A stretch of DNA of 64,000 bases, from assembly GCF_964213995.1 (NCBI RefSeq), contig NC_135826.1:1736001-1800000 (forward strand). Reading direction: 5' to 3'. Of this stretch, positions 1 through 11,974 are shown piece after piece; the first letter of the stretch is position 1; each line of letters opens with the position of its first letter. Source of the stretch: Mustelus asterias (Eukaryota). Below the pieces are notes generated by a model. It did no database searches. It had not been told where the DNA came from and saw nothing but the letters and a program-made list of their open reading frames with translations. Made by a program: the position numbers and the translations under genes.

Positions 1-654
1 CAAATAATTATATATCACTATCACTATGGAAAGGTGGTTAAAGGCTGTATATATTGAACTGATATCTACCCTCAGGGCTGTTAGTTGACTGACTCCAGGC
101 AGTAGCTCCTTGATTAGGTTATTGGTGATGGTGATGGAGCTCAGGAGGGAGAGACCAGGCTGGAGGATGTCCCTAAGCGGGGCCTGGAACTGGCACCCAG
201 ACACATTGTGCCAGCAGCCACCAGGGCTGATGTTGGGAGGTGGTGTGGGAGCTGGCTCAAGCGGTTAGTGCTCACATTCAGCCCGCTGACCTGATCAAGG
301 AGGCCCCAGACTATCAGGCAGAGAGACAGTCTCACTCCCAGACCCATCGAGGATCCACTTGGCCTTCAGGCAACCCAGCTCAGCCAGGAGGCTGGCCAGC
401 CAGTTTGATCTGAGCACCAGGCTCCAGACCTGGCTCAGGCTGCATACCTCAAGCAGCAGCTATCACAGGCCAGAACCTTTGATCCACCTTGAGGCCTCTC
501 AAAGCCAGCTGTACCTCCACCCACATCACCTTGGTCAGTGCCGGCGACACAACCAGATATGGAGCAGCAGAATGGGTGGCCAGTCATTAAATGAGCATTT
601 ACCATCCAGCGGTGCTCAGGAGATGCTGGAACAGCGCCCTGGCAGCACTACACC

Positions 655-905
655 CCTGTTTAGGTCAAAGTTGAGGAGGAATTTCTTCAATTAGAGGGTG
701 GATCTTTGGAATTCTCTATCCCAGAGAGCTGTGGAAGCTCGATCACTGAGCGTGTTCAAGACAGAAGTTAATGGGTTTCTGGATACTGATGACGTTAAGG
801 ATTATGGGGATAGCACGGGAAAGTGGCTTTGAGATAGATGATCAGCCATGATCTAATTGAATTGTGAAGTGGGCTACTGAATGGCCTACTCCTCTTCCAT
901 TCCCA
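655..905 (+). mobile_element. CR1-type LINE 3' fragment (old)
   Basis: Degenerate match to the 3' ends of the younger CR1 copies in this window (gaggaggaatttcttc...gaatggcctactcct). Confidence 0.6.
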
Positions 906-1060
906 AAAATAGCAGCAATAATTTGAATGATAGTGAAGAGTGACATTTTAATTTCACTTAAAATTGAGCCTGGCTTATGGCTCGGGAATGAGATGCATTT
1001 CTATGATGAATATATGTTTATTTACAACCTACAGCGACCTGATGTACTCTTTCTATACAG

Positions 1061-1152
1061 GATTTTGTAAAAGAGCAAGAGAAAATATACCAGGAAAGGG
1101 AAGATCTACTTCCTATGTACTGTGAAGAAACTTTGAAAAGATCTGGTATCGG
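1061..1152 (+). CDS. Internal coding exon of an unidentified host gene (DFVKEQEKIYQEREDLLPMYCEETLKRSGI-G), phase 0 to phase 2
   Basis: Acceptor ttctatacag| at 1060, donor |gtaaga at 1153, unique sequence, only one of three frames open. End phase matches the acceptor at 8831. Confidence 0.55.
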
Positions 1153-1169
1153 GTAAGAAGATCATTGTG

Positions 1170-1740
1170 ATTTGATTTATTATTATTGTCACGTATTAGT
1201 ATATAGTGAAGAGTATTGTTTCTTGCGTGCTATACAGACAAAGCATACCGTACTTAGAGAAGGAAAGGAGAGGGTGCAGAATCTAGTGTTACAGTCATAG
1301 CTAGGGTGTAGAGAAAGATTAACGTAATATCAGGTAGATCCATTCGAAAGCCTGATGACAGCAGGGAAGAAGCTGTTCTTGAGTCGGTTGGTACATGACC
1401 TCAGACTTCTGTATCTTTTTCCCGACAGAAGAAGGTGGAAGAGAGTATGTCCAGGGTGCGTGGGGTTCTCGATTATGCTGACTGCTTTTCCAAAATGTAG
1501 ACAGTGTCAATGGATGGGAGGCTGGTTTGTTCACGGGCTTTGTTCACGACCCTTTTATAGTTTCTTGCGGTCTTGGACAGAGCAGGAGCCATACCAAGCT
1601 GTGATACATCCAGAAAGGATGCTTTCTATGGTGCATCCGTAAAAGTTGGTGACAGCCGTAGCAGATATGCCAAATTTCCTTAGCTTCCTGAGAAAGTAGA
1701 GGCATTGGTGGGCTTTCTTAAGTATAGCTTCAGCATGGAG
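1170..1740 (-). mobile_element. Rex1/Babar-type LINE, 3' fragment
   Basis: Closely similar to 13081-13640, with the same 3' terminus (tgtgacaataataaat on the - strand). Confidence 0.7.
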
Positions 1741-1957
1741 ATAGTGATGTTCCCATATGTCTGTTGTCCTTGTCTTTCTAGATGGTAGCTGTCATAGGCT
1801 TAGAAGGTGCTGCCTATGAAGCCTTGGTGAGTTATTGCAGTGTATCTAGTACACACTACTGCATTGTTAGTTGTGTCACTCAACTTTCCAAATTATGATG
1901 GAGAAGTTATGGAGGGTTTTAAATATAAAGAGCACTCTAAAGATTTTCGCAGGGTTT

Positions 1958-2728
1958 TTTAATTCATTTATGGAATGTGGGCGTTACTGCCTAAACTAGC
2001 TTTTATTGCCAATGGTAAAAAGATTTTGTTCTTAGGGCAGTATTTGTTGGCCACCCATAATTGCCCTTGAAAAGGTAGTGGTGAGCTGCCTTCCTGAACC
2101 ACACCAGTCCAGCTCCAGGATTTTGATCCAATGACAGCAAAGGATGATATATTTTCAAGTTAGGATGGTGAGTGACTTGAAGGGGAACTTTCGGATAGTG
2201 GTGTTCCCATGTATCTGTTGCCCTTGTCCTTGTAGATGGTAGCTGTCATGGGTTTGAAAGGTGCTGCCTATGAAGCCTTGGTGAGTTGTTGCGGTGTATC
2301 TAGTACACGTTACTGCCACTGTTAGTTGGTGATGGAGGGAATAAATGTTTGTGGAAAGGGTGCCAACCAAGCGGTTGGTTTATCCTGGATGGTGTTGAGC
2401 TACTTAAGTGTTGTTGGAACTGTATTCATCCAGACAAGTGGAGAGTATTCCATCATACTTCTGACTTGTGCCTTGTAGATGGTGGACAGGCTTTGAGGAA
2501 TCGAGAAGTGGGTTACTCGCCACAGTTTTCCTAGCTTCTGACCCGCTCTTGTAGCCACAGTATTTGTATGGCTAGCCCACTTGAGTTTCTGGTCAATGAT
2601 AATCACCCAGATGTTGATAGTGGGGGATTCAGTGATGGTAATATCATTGAATGTCAAGGGGCGATAGTTAGATTTTCACTTGTTGGAGATAATTATTGCC
2701 TGGCACCTGTTTGGCAACAATGTTACTT
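1958..2728 (-). mobile_element. Degenerate LINE (L2/CR1-group) RT C-terminus plus 3' UTR
   Basis: ORF 2400-2657 reads IDQKLKW...YKAQVRSMMEYSPLVW, a non-LTR RT C-terminal pattern. Exact clade uncertain. Confidence 0.6.
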
Positions 2729-3035
2729 ATTTTATAGAATTCAATCCCCATCATACCTGACAAAAAAAATCCCAGAGTACTAATTGTCAAAAAGAATTTG
2801 ATTCATTCTCATGTCCCAATATTGTTTTCTCAGTATGTTTTACATTCATTACTTTCAACCAAAGTAACAAAACATTTGAATTTTACATTCAAATGCTTTG
2901 TTACTTTGCTTGATTCCGAGTTTGGTGTGAGCTGAATATTGTGTTGTTGTTGTCTGCTGTTTTACCAATCTTCTGTATAGATTTATAACTTACAATAAAG
3001 TCACATTCTTCTAGCCTTAAAAAAAAGAAAAAAAT

Positions 3036-3355
3036 GGGCGGCACAGTGGTTAGTACTGCTGCCTCACAGCTCCAGGGACCTGGGTTCGATTCCCGGCTTG
3101 GGTCACTGTCCGTGTGGAATTTGCACATTCTCCCTGTGTCTGTGTGGGTTTCCTCCGGGTGCTCCAGTTTCATCCCACAGTCCAAAGACATGCTGGTTAG
3201 GCGCATTGGTCATGCTAAATTGCCCCTCAATGTCCCAGGATGCATAGGTTAGAGGGATTGGTGGGGAATATGTGGGGATAGGGCCTGGGTGGGATTGTTG
3301 ACTCGATGGGCCGAATGGTCTTTTTCTGCGCTGTAGGGTTTCTATGATTCTATGT
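3036..3355 (+). mobile_element. tRNA-derived V-SINE (HE1-like) with CR1-type tail
   Basis: A-box-like ggcacagtggttag, B-box ggttcgattcc, conserved V-domain, tail gactcgatgggccgaatgg...ttctatgattctatg. Confidence 0.8.
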
Positions 3356-3624
3356 TGTTGAGCATAGCATAAGAACTAGAAGCAGGAGAACCAATAATCA
3401 GTTGAGCCTGCCCATTGAATATAATCCTGACTCATCTTGGGCTCCAACTCCACTTTCCCGCCTACTCTCCATATCCTTTGATTCACTGAGAGACCAAAGA
3501 TCTTGTCTAGCTCAGCCTAAATACAGTCAATGATGGTGCATTCTCAACCCGCTGGGGAAGGGAATTCCAAATTCACAGTACTTTGAGTGAAGTAATTTTT
3601 CCATATCTCAGTCCTAAATGATCA

Positions 3625-3922
3625 GTTTAGTTTATTTATTAGTGTCACAAGTAGGCTTACATTAACACTGCAATGAAGTTACTGTGAACATTCCCTAGTC
3701 ATCACACTCCAGCGCCTGTTTGGGTACACTGAGGAAGAATTTAGCATGGCCAATGCATCTAACCAGCATGTCTTTTGGACTGTGGGAGAAAACCAGAGCA
3801 CCCTGAGGAAACCCACGCAGACACGGGGAGAATGTACAGACTCCACACAGACAGTGTCCCAAGCTGGGAATCGAACCTGGGTCCCCGGCGCTGTGAGGCA
3901 GTAGTGCTAACCATTGTACCAC
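3625..3922 (-). mobile_element. V-SINE with alternative (non-CR1) tail
   Basis: Same head and V-domain; on the - strand it ends ...gtaagcctacttgtgacactaataaataaact. Confidence 0.75.
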
Positions 3923-4090
3923 AATCAATCCCTTATCTTGGAATTGTGCGCATTTGTTCTAGATTCCCCAGCGAGGGGAAAGTAGTGTCTTCCCATGAAG
4001 CCTCTTCATAATCTTGAATGTTACGGTAAGATCACAAGCCATTCTTCTGAATGCCAGAGAACATAGACCAGGTTGCTCAGCCTCTCATCA

Positions 4091-6733
4091 TAAGAACATA
4101 AGAAATAGGAGCAGGAGTAGGCCATCTGGCCCTTAGAGCCTGCCCCGCCATTCAACAAGATCATGGCTGATCTGAAGCGAATCAGTTCCACTTACCCGCC
4201 TGCTCCCCATATCCCCTAATTCCCTTATCGATCAGAAAACTATCTACCCGTGATTTAAACATATTCAACGAGGAAGCCTCCACCACTTCAATGGGCAGAG
4301 AATTCCAGAGATTCACTACCCTCTGAGAGAAGAAGTTCCCCCTCAACTCTGTTCTGAACCGGCCCCCCCTTATTTTGAGGCTGTGCCCTCTAGTTCTGGT
4401 TTCCCTTCTAAGTGGAAAGAATCTCTCCACCTCTACCCTATCCAGCCCCTTCATTATCTTATATGTCTCTATAAGATCACCCCTCATCCTTCTAAACTCC
4501 AACGAGTACAGACCCAATCTGTTTAATCTCTCCTCATAAGCTACACCCCTCATCTCCGGTATCAACCTGGTGAACCTTCTCTGCACTCCCTCCAAGGCCA
4601 ATATATCCTTTCGCAAATAAGGGGACCAAAACTGCACACAGTACTCCAGTTGCAGCCTCACCAGTGCCTTGTACAGTTGCAGCAAGACCTCTCTGCTTTT
4701 ATATTCTATCCCCCTCGCAATAAAGGCCAACATTCCATTCGCCTTCTTGATCACCTGCTGCACCTGCAGACTGAGTTTTTGCGATTCGTGTACAAGGACC
4801 CCCAGGTCCCTCTGCACAGTCGCATAATGTAATTTTTCTCCATTTAAATAATATTCCAATTTACTATTATTTCTTCCAAAGTGGATAACCTCACATTTGC
4901 TAATGTTATATTCCATCTGCCAGATCCTCGCCCACTCGCTCAGCCTATCCAAATCTCTCTGCAGACTTTCCGCGTCCTCCACGCAATTCGCTTTCCCACT
5001 CACCTTCGTGTCATCAGCAAACTTGAATACCCTAGATTCAGTCCCCTCCTCCAGATCATCTATGTAAATGGTAAACAATTGAGGCCCCAGCACTGATCCC
5101 TGCGGCACGCCACTGGTCACCAACTGCCAACCAGAAAAGCACCCATTTATCCCAACTCTCTGCTTCCTGTTAGATAGCCAATCCCTAATCCACGCCAACA
5201 CCTTACCCCTAACTCCGTGTACCCCAATCTTCTGCAGCAACCTTTTGTGAGGCACCTTATCGAACGCCTTCTGGAAATCTAAAAACACCACATCCACCAG
5301 TTCCCCTCTGTCAACCGCACTCGTGACATCTTCATAAAAGTCCAGTAGATTCGTCAAACACGACTTTCCCTTCATGAATCCATGCTGCGTCTGCTTGATC
5401 GAACCATTCTTATTCAGGTGCTCTGTTATTTCCTCTTTAATAATGGACTCTAGCATCTTCCCAACTACGGACGTTAAGCTAACTGGGGAGTTACCCGCCT
5501 TTTGTCTACTTCCTTTTTTAAACAGCGGCGTAACAGTAGCTGTTTTCCAGTCAGCCGGCACTACCCCAGAGTCCAGCGAATTTTGATAAATTACTACTAA
5601 CGCATCTGCTATTACCTCAGCCATTTCTTTCAGTACCCTGGGATGCATTCCATCCGGGCCCGGGGACTTGTCTACCTTCAGTCCTATTAGTCTACCAAGC
5701 ACCACCTCCTTAGTAACAGTAATTGTATTAAGGACCTCCCCTCCCACCAACTCTCGATCTCTAATATTCGGCAAACTATTTGTGTCTTCCACCGTGAAGA
5801 CCGACACAAAGAACTTATTTAAAGTCTCAGCCATTTCCTCGTTTTCCACTATTAAATCCCCCCTCTCATCTTCCAAGGGTCCAACATTCACTCTAGCCAC
5901 TCTATTCCTTTTTATATACTTGTAAAAACTTTTACTATCATTTTTTATATTTTGAGCTAGTTTAGTTTCATAATCTATCTTTCCTTTCTTAATCGCTTTC
6001 TTAGTCGTTCTTTGTTTTTCTTTAAAGCTTTCCCAATCCACTAATTCTCCACTATTTTTGGCCACTCTGTACGCATCTGATTTTATTTTAATACTCTCCT
6101 TTATTTCCTTCGTTATCCACGTCCGGTTATCCTTTTTCTTACAGTCCTTCTTTATCACCGGAATATATTTTTGCTGAGTATTTTAAAAAATCTCCTTAAA
6201 AATCCTCCACTGTTCCTCAGCTGTCCTACCTACCAGTCTGCTCGCCCAGTCTACATTAGCCAATTCCACCCTCATCCTATCGTACTCCCCTCTGTTCAAG
6301 CAGAGGACACTGGTTTGGGACCCTACTTTCTCACCCTCCATCTGTATCAGAAATTCCACCATATTATGATCACTCATCCCAAGAGGATCCTTCACAAGAA
6401 GATCCTTAATCCTACCTGTCTCATTGCACAGAACCAGATCCAAGATAGCTCGCTCCCTCGTAGGTTCTGTAACATACTGTTCAATGAAACAATCCCGACA
6501 GCATTCCAAGAACTCTTCCTCAAGCCCTCCACATCCAATTTGAGTCGACCAATCAATATGTAGGTTAAAATCCCCCATGATTATTGCCGTTCCACTTTTG
6601 CACGCATCCATTATTTGCTTGTTTATAGCCCTCCCCACCTCTAAGTTATTATTTGGGGGCCTATAGACCACGCCTACCAGTGTCTTTCTCCCCCTACTAT
6701 TCCTTATCTCCACCCACAACGATTCCACGTCAT
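4091..6733 (-). mobile_element. Young 5'-truncated CR1 LINE (family 1): partial APE endonuclease plus RT, one frameshift near 6180
   Basis: ORFs 6183-6740 (GVVYRPP, GDFN, SDH) and 4182-6158 (LDFQKAFD, GVPQGSVLGP, FADD); 3' (ttcttatg)n terminus. Confidence 0.92.
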
Positions 6734-6840
6734 GGGACAACTCTCCTATCCTGAAGATCGATCTTGTGCAGAACGATAGATCATGTGGTGTGCAGCATCA
6801 GATTTATTGATTATTAATGTAATTATTAAATTATTATTTA

Positions 6841-7420
6841 GAACATAGAACATTACAGTGCAGTACAGGCCCTTCGGCCCTCGATGTTGCGCCGACCAGT
6901 GAAACCAATCTAAAGCCCCTCTAATCTACACTATTCCAATATCATCCATATGTTTATCCAATAACCATTTGAATGCTCTTAATGTTGACGAGTCCACTAC
7001 TGCTGCAGGCAGGGCATTCCACGCCCTTACTACTCTCTGAGTAAAGAACCTACCTCTAACATCTGTCCTATATTTCTCACCCCTCAATTTAAAGCTATGT
7101 CCCCTCGTGTTAGCCATCACCATCCGAAGAAAAAGGCTCTCCCTATCCACTCTATCTAATCCTCTGATCATCTTGTATGCCTCTATTAAGTCACCTCTTA
7201 ACCTTCTTCTCTCTAACGAAAACAACCTCAAGTCCCTCAGCCTTTGCTCATACGATTTTCCCACCATACCAGGCAACATCCTGGTAAATATCCTCTGCAC
7301 CCTTTCCAACACTTCCACATCTTTCCTATAATGCGGCGACCAGAACTGTACGCAATACTCCAAGTGCAGCTGCACCAGAGTTTTGTACAGTTGCAGCATG
7401 ACCTCCTGGCTCCGAAACTC
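6841..7420 (-). mobile_element. CR1 LINE 3' fragment (family 2)
   Basis: ORF 6926-7399 EYCVQFWSP...RRRLRGDLIE; near-identical to 57890-58445. Confidence 0.88.
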
Positions 7421-8831
7421 AGTGACTCAAGTCACTTTGGATAAGTCACTCAAGAAACTTAGTGACTCAAGTTCCATTTTTATTTATTTAATTATATTTT
7501 GTTCCTTTGTAGATGTGGGTGTCATTGGCTAGGCCAGAATTTATTGCCCATCCCTAAATTATATTCTGGAATTTTACAGATACTTCGGGGATTGGATTCC
7601 ATAGCCATCTTTTGATCTAAAACTGTAGCCACACTCCGATTAAATCTGGTTAGCGAGTAAACGATAATTGAACCAGGATGTATAGACATAATTTGGTCCT
7701 CATTTTAAAGTAATCATGCCATTGTTTAATATAATATGATTTTATATTTATTCTTTGATCTGAAATTATTGTGGAAAGGGAATATTGGATTTGGCAGTAC
7801 TGGGCTGGTTGAATGTGGGATTTGACTCACTGGTTTATTTTCTCAGAGAGGCAGAGAGTATAGACCTGGCAACAATGTGTATGGATATTCCATAAATGGC
7901 AGCACTGGTTTGGTATTCTTTCTGTGATTTTTGTAAGCATTAAATTTGATGTTTTGTGTTTTTCTTCTGGAAGTATTCAGCGTCCATTCTCTCTCTCTTG
8001 TGCTTCTCTCTCTCCGTCACCCCTCTTTTGTGGTTGCCTCTCTTTCTCCATTCATCCCTCTATTTATTTGTCTATTTTGTCTCTCTCATCTTTTGTTTTC
8101 TTTCTTTTGGCAGTTAAAATATTTTTTACATTTTCTAACAAGATCATTATTAGTAGCTTCCAAAATTCAGTCTTCCTTCTTTGTACCAAAGATTCTTGCC
8201 TCTTACCATTCATTGAAACGTAAAAGTATGCACAAGATATTTAATTAGCTAATAGGGAGGCATCTTTTTAATGATACAAGACTAGAATCTGCAGAACAAC
8301 AGCAGCCAGAAAAGGCATGATGCAAGGGACAGGCAACATTGCACCATAGTACTGATTTACAGACTGTAGGTTGTGTGCAACTTTCCACATAGCTTCACCT
8401 TTTATTGCAACGGAAATTGGGTTGCCTTGCCTGTGAGTAATGCAATGAAGCCTCCCTGTTGTTGGAACTTGGAGAAATCAAAGTAGTAAGTAAAATGAAT
8501 TATTAAGCGTATCTGCAACAGCAGTTTAACCAAGTAAATATGAAGCTTGCAGTAATTGCATATTATGTATGAAAATTTTCATATAAATAAATACATTAAG
8601 CTTGAATAGAATAAATACACCACCATTGTTCCAGTTAGTGTATTACAGCCAAATACTGGCAAAGAAAGGATACTGCGCCAAAGTTAGGAATTGTCTTGAT
8701 TTGAGCCTTGACAGTATGCCAATGAAGCCTGTTCAATCTTTGGTTATGAGGTTTCAAGTTAAATGTGTGTCTCCAACAACATTTGCCCCTTCCCCACACC
8801 AGTATTGATTTGTTCCTTTTATTTTGAGCAG

Positions 8832-10224
8832 ATACAGCCGAGGTTCAAGCAGTAACCCTAGCTGGGAGATGGAAGGATTTCCTGATCATTCTTCACGGAG
8901 GATGCTGGGAGTAGATCTGCCACTAGGTACAGCTGTCAAAAGGAGCCTGAAAAGTTTACACAGGATTGAACTAGCAGAGGCGCAGAGGACTGACCCTTCA
9001 TTGGAAGCTGTGCGATATCAGGCCATGCATCCCTGCAACAAAACAGATGGTGACATGGGGGGTACGTTCCTATACAAGGAAGGGATTTTGATTCGGCGAT
9101 GGAGTCCAAAGGAAGGCTTTTTCAAGGGGTCAGAAGTGTTTGAGGAGGTAGTAGTCCCTGAGCTATGTCGTGATGAAATATTGAAGGTTGCTCACAACAT
9201 TCCATCCTCTGAACACCAAGGCATTAAGCGTACAGGACGCCGTGTGCTGCAATATTTCTACTGGCCATCAGTTTTCACGGATGTAGCACATTATTGTAAA
9301 GCGTGTGAAAAATGTCATTATTCACATAAACTGGGAGATGCAGCCAATCTGGGGTTACGCCCCCTACCCACAATAAATATACCATTTAAAAGAGTAAGCA
9401 TCGATGTAGTGGGACCACTACCCTTCACAACCAACTCTGGGAAAAGGTACATCCTGATGATGGTGGATTGTGCATCCAGATATCCTGACGCGACAGCACT
9501 TGTCTCAGTGGAAGCAGATATAGTCGCCATGGCCCTGCTAGTGATGTTTACACGAGTCGGGTTTCCAGAAGAGATCCTGTCCAATCAGGGTGAAAATTTC
9601 ATGTCGCAGTTGGTTATGCAACTGAAAAGACAATGCCAAGACAAACAGCTCCGCAGCAACTCGTACTGTCCCCAAGTAAATGAGCTAGTGGAGAAGTTCA
9701 ATGGGACATTGAAACAAATACTGCGTACCTACGCTGAGCAGAACCCCTGTGACTGGGATGAAAAGCTGCCGTATCTTCTCTTTGCCTGTAGGGAGGTGCC
9801 GCAGCAATTAACTGGGTTCTCTCCCTTTGAGCTTCTATATGGACGCCGGGTATATGGGACATTGCTTCTGATCAAGGAGGCTTGGTTAGGGAAATGTTTT
9901 GGTGCAGATAAAAACATAGTGGAGCATGTGCTGAATGCACGGGATGCCTTAATTAGTTTAATTGAAAGTATTCGGGAAGATCAGGACCACTCTCTAAATA
10001 GCCGAAATCTCTGGTACTGTCATAATGCTGGGACCCGGTCATACGACATAGGCCAAAGGGTGCTGGTACTACAGCCTGTGAAACGACAAAAAGTGCAGCT
10101 TCATTGGGAAGGTCCATATACTGTAGTTGAGCCAGGGAAATACGTGTATTACACGGTTGAAATACCGTTTAATAAATTTAAAATTTACCATGTTAACATG
10201 ATGAAGCCTTACCTCGATTCCTAG
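8832..10224 (+). CDS. Gypsy/Gmr1-like integrase-derived terminal exon (HHCC zinc finger, rve core with D-N-35-E, GPY/F module); putative domesticated gene
   Basis: Uninterrupted ORF: AHNIPSSEHQG...CKACEKC, SIDVVGP (D 9403), EILSNQG (N 9583), LVEKFN (E 9691), TGFSPFELLYGR, WEGPY, HVNMMKPY then stop. Pyrimidine tract plus cag| at 8831. No RT follows. Confidence 0.8.
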
Positions 10225-10571
10225 GTGGTTATTGTGGTAGAGTAAAAGTTTGATTTTTAGTTTGTTTCCTTTAGAGATTATATTGGTTCCATGATTTAAT
10301 TAGAATTATTTCTCTGAAAAAAAAGAAAAATTTTAAGACCCAGAACTAGTACAACACAACTGACTGGTGTTCGGTAATGTGTGAAATGCTGATATCACAT
10401 TATAGATATCCTGTATATTCACCCTTTTACTTTGTGGGACCCTTCTCCTATCTAAAGTATGCATGAGGTTTTATCAAGGAAAACAATAAACCAAAGAATT
10501 CCCAGAGAAGAGTGCTTGACAGATGAGGGTCTAAAAGCAGAGTGGAAGGAACAGGAATTTTTTGGTAACTT

Positions 10572-10886
10572 GCACGGTGGCACAGTGGTTAGCACTGCGG
10601 CCTCACAGCTCCAGAGACCTGGGTTCGATTCGTGGTTTGGGTCTCTGTCTGTGTGGAGTTTGTACGTTCTCCTCGTGTCTACGTGGGTTTCCTCCGGGTG
10701 CTCCGGTTTTCTCCCACAGTCCAAAGACTTGCGGGTTAGGTTGATAGGCCATGCTAAATTGCCCCTTTGTGTCCCGAGGATACGTAGGTTAGAGGGATTA
10801 GCGATGTAAATATGTGGGGTTACAGGGATAGGTTGGACTATTGTCGGTGCAGACTCGATGGGCCGAATGTAGGAATTCTATGATTC
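10572..10886 (+). mobile_element. V-SINE (HE1-like) with CR1-type tail
   Basis: Same head, V-domain and tail as 3036-3355. Confidence 0.8.
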
Positions 10887-11762
10887 ATAAGATTGTCAAC
10901 TTCTCATCAATTGCTTGTATCTGAAGGAGATGATGACTTGAGCAGAATAACAAAAAGGGCCGAATTTACCATGAATGATAAAAACTATTAATTGCCAGAG
11001 ACTCTTCAATTAAACCAGAAGGATAATTAACTAATTACAAACTTTCTCAATGTATATTTATTTGTATAATTAAATATATATGTACTTTTCATATCTGCTG
11101 AGTATTGTGCTTCATATTGCTGTTTACTGCTGTTTAATAAAGTGATTAGTTGTTTTAGTCTGTAAACATCTGGTCCGCATGGTAATATCCACTGTTCAGA
11201 GAGGATTAGCTAGCACTGAGAGAAGTTCACGGCAGGTTATTGCAAGAAAGGTCCTTGGTTAAGGAATATCAGATTAGAATAGGAAAGGGCATTGTTCTGA
11301 GATTATAAGGCCCTCTTACAAGAACGTCTGTTGACTTGAAAGAGACGAAGTTTATCAAAAACTAAGTCTCTGATAATTTGGGACAGCAATGGAAATCTGT
11401 GAACCCAGTGGCTCAAGTAGAAAGAAAGCTGGGTAGCAAAAAGGAGAAGCAGACGCAAGTGTCAGAATAATAACAGCTTGCATACAACATCTTTAATGTA
11501 AAAAAAAAGGTGCTTCGTAAAGACATAAGTGGTGAGGGGAATAGAAGTTTATCCAAAAATTGGACAGTCTTAAAGAGGAAAAGGTGAATGATCTCAAGGA
11601 AGGAAATGCAGAGCCACGGCAGCAAAAAGCACAGCCAAACAGTAGTAAAGCAAAGAGGGATGTTGCACAGGAAATCAGAGAGAGGACCTTGGAGGTTTGG
11701 GAAGATTTACAGAGACTGGAAAGAGAGGCAGAGAGGTTTTACACACAAGGCTGTTAATTGTA

Positions 11763-11860
11763 GTAAAAACAGAAACTGCTGGAAATGCACAACAGGTCTG
11801 ATAGCATCTGTGGAGAGATCAACAGGGTTGATATTTCTGGTCGATGACCTTTTGTCAGAG
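11763..11860 (-). mobile_element. Fragment of family B Penelope-like repeat
   Basis: Degenerate match to the arms at 20074-20170 and 34103-34170. Confidence 0.5.
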
Positions 11861-11974
11861 TTAGGGAAATTGAAATAGCCTGATGCCATGCTGGCAGTTT
11901 GCAATGAAAAAGCCTAGAGAGGGTAAGAAGCCAGAAAGTGCTTGTAGTTACATTTGTAATTCATGAAAGGTAGA

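Noticed and set aside
2738-2832. Candidate exon NSIPIIPDKKNPRVLIVKK...
   Set aside because: Its open frame starts in phase 0 and does not fit the phase 2 donor at 1152, and the acceptor abuts LINE sequence. Worth revisiting if the A8 run is miscalled.
3036-3110. tRNA gene calls at the SINE heads
   Set aside because: A/B boxes run directly into SINE bodies and no full cloverleaf is evident.
4650-6563. Antisense ORFs over CR1 copies and short ORFs over SINEs throughout the window
   Set aside because: Shadow frames of repeats that recur wherever the repeat recurs.
7847-7907. Candidate exon RGREYRPGNNVYGYSINGST
   Set aside because: Good acceptor, but its phases (0 to 1) fit neither neighbour; in phase 2 it hits a stop.
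8824-8831. TTG start of the integrase ORF given by the ORF track
   Set aside because: Lies in the polypyrimidine tract/acceptor; a spliced entry at 8832 or an internal ATG is more plausible.
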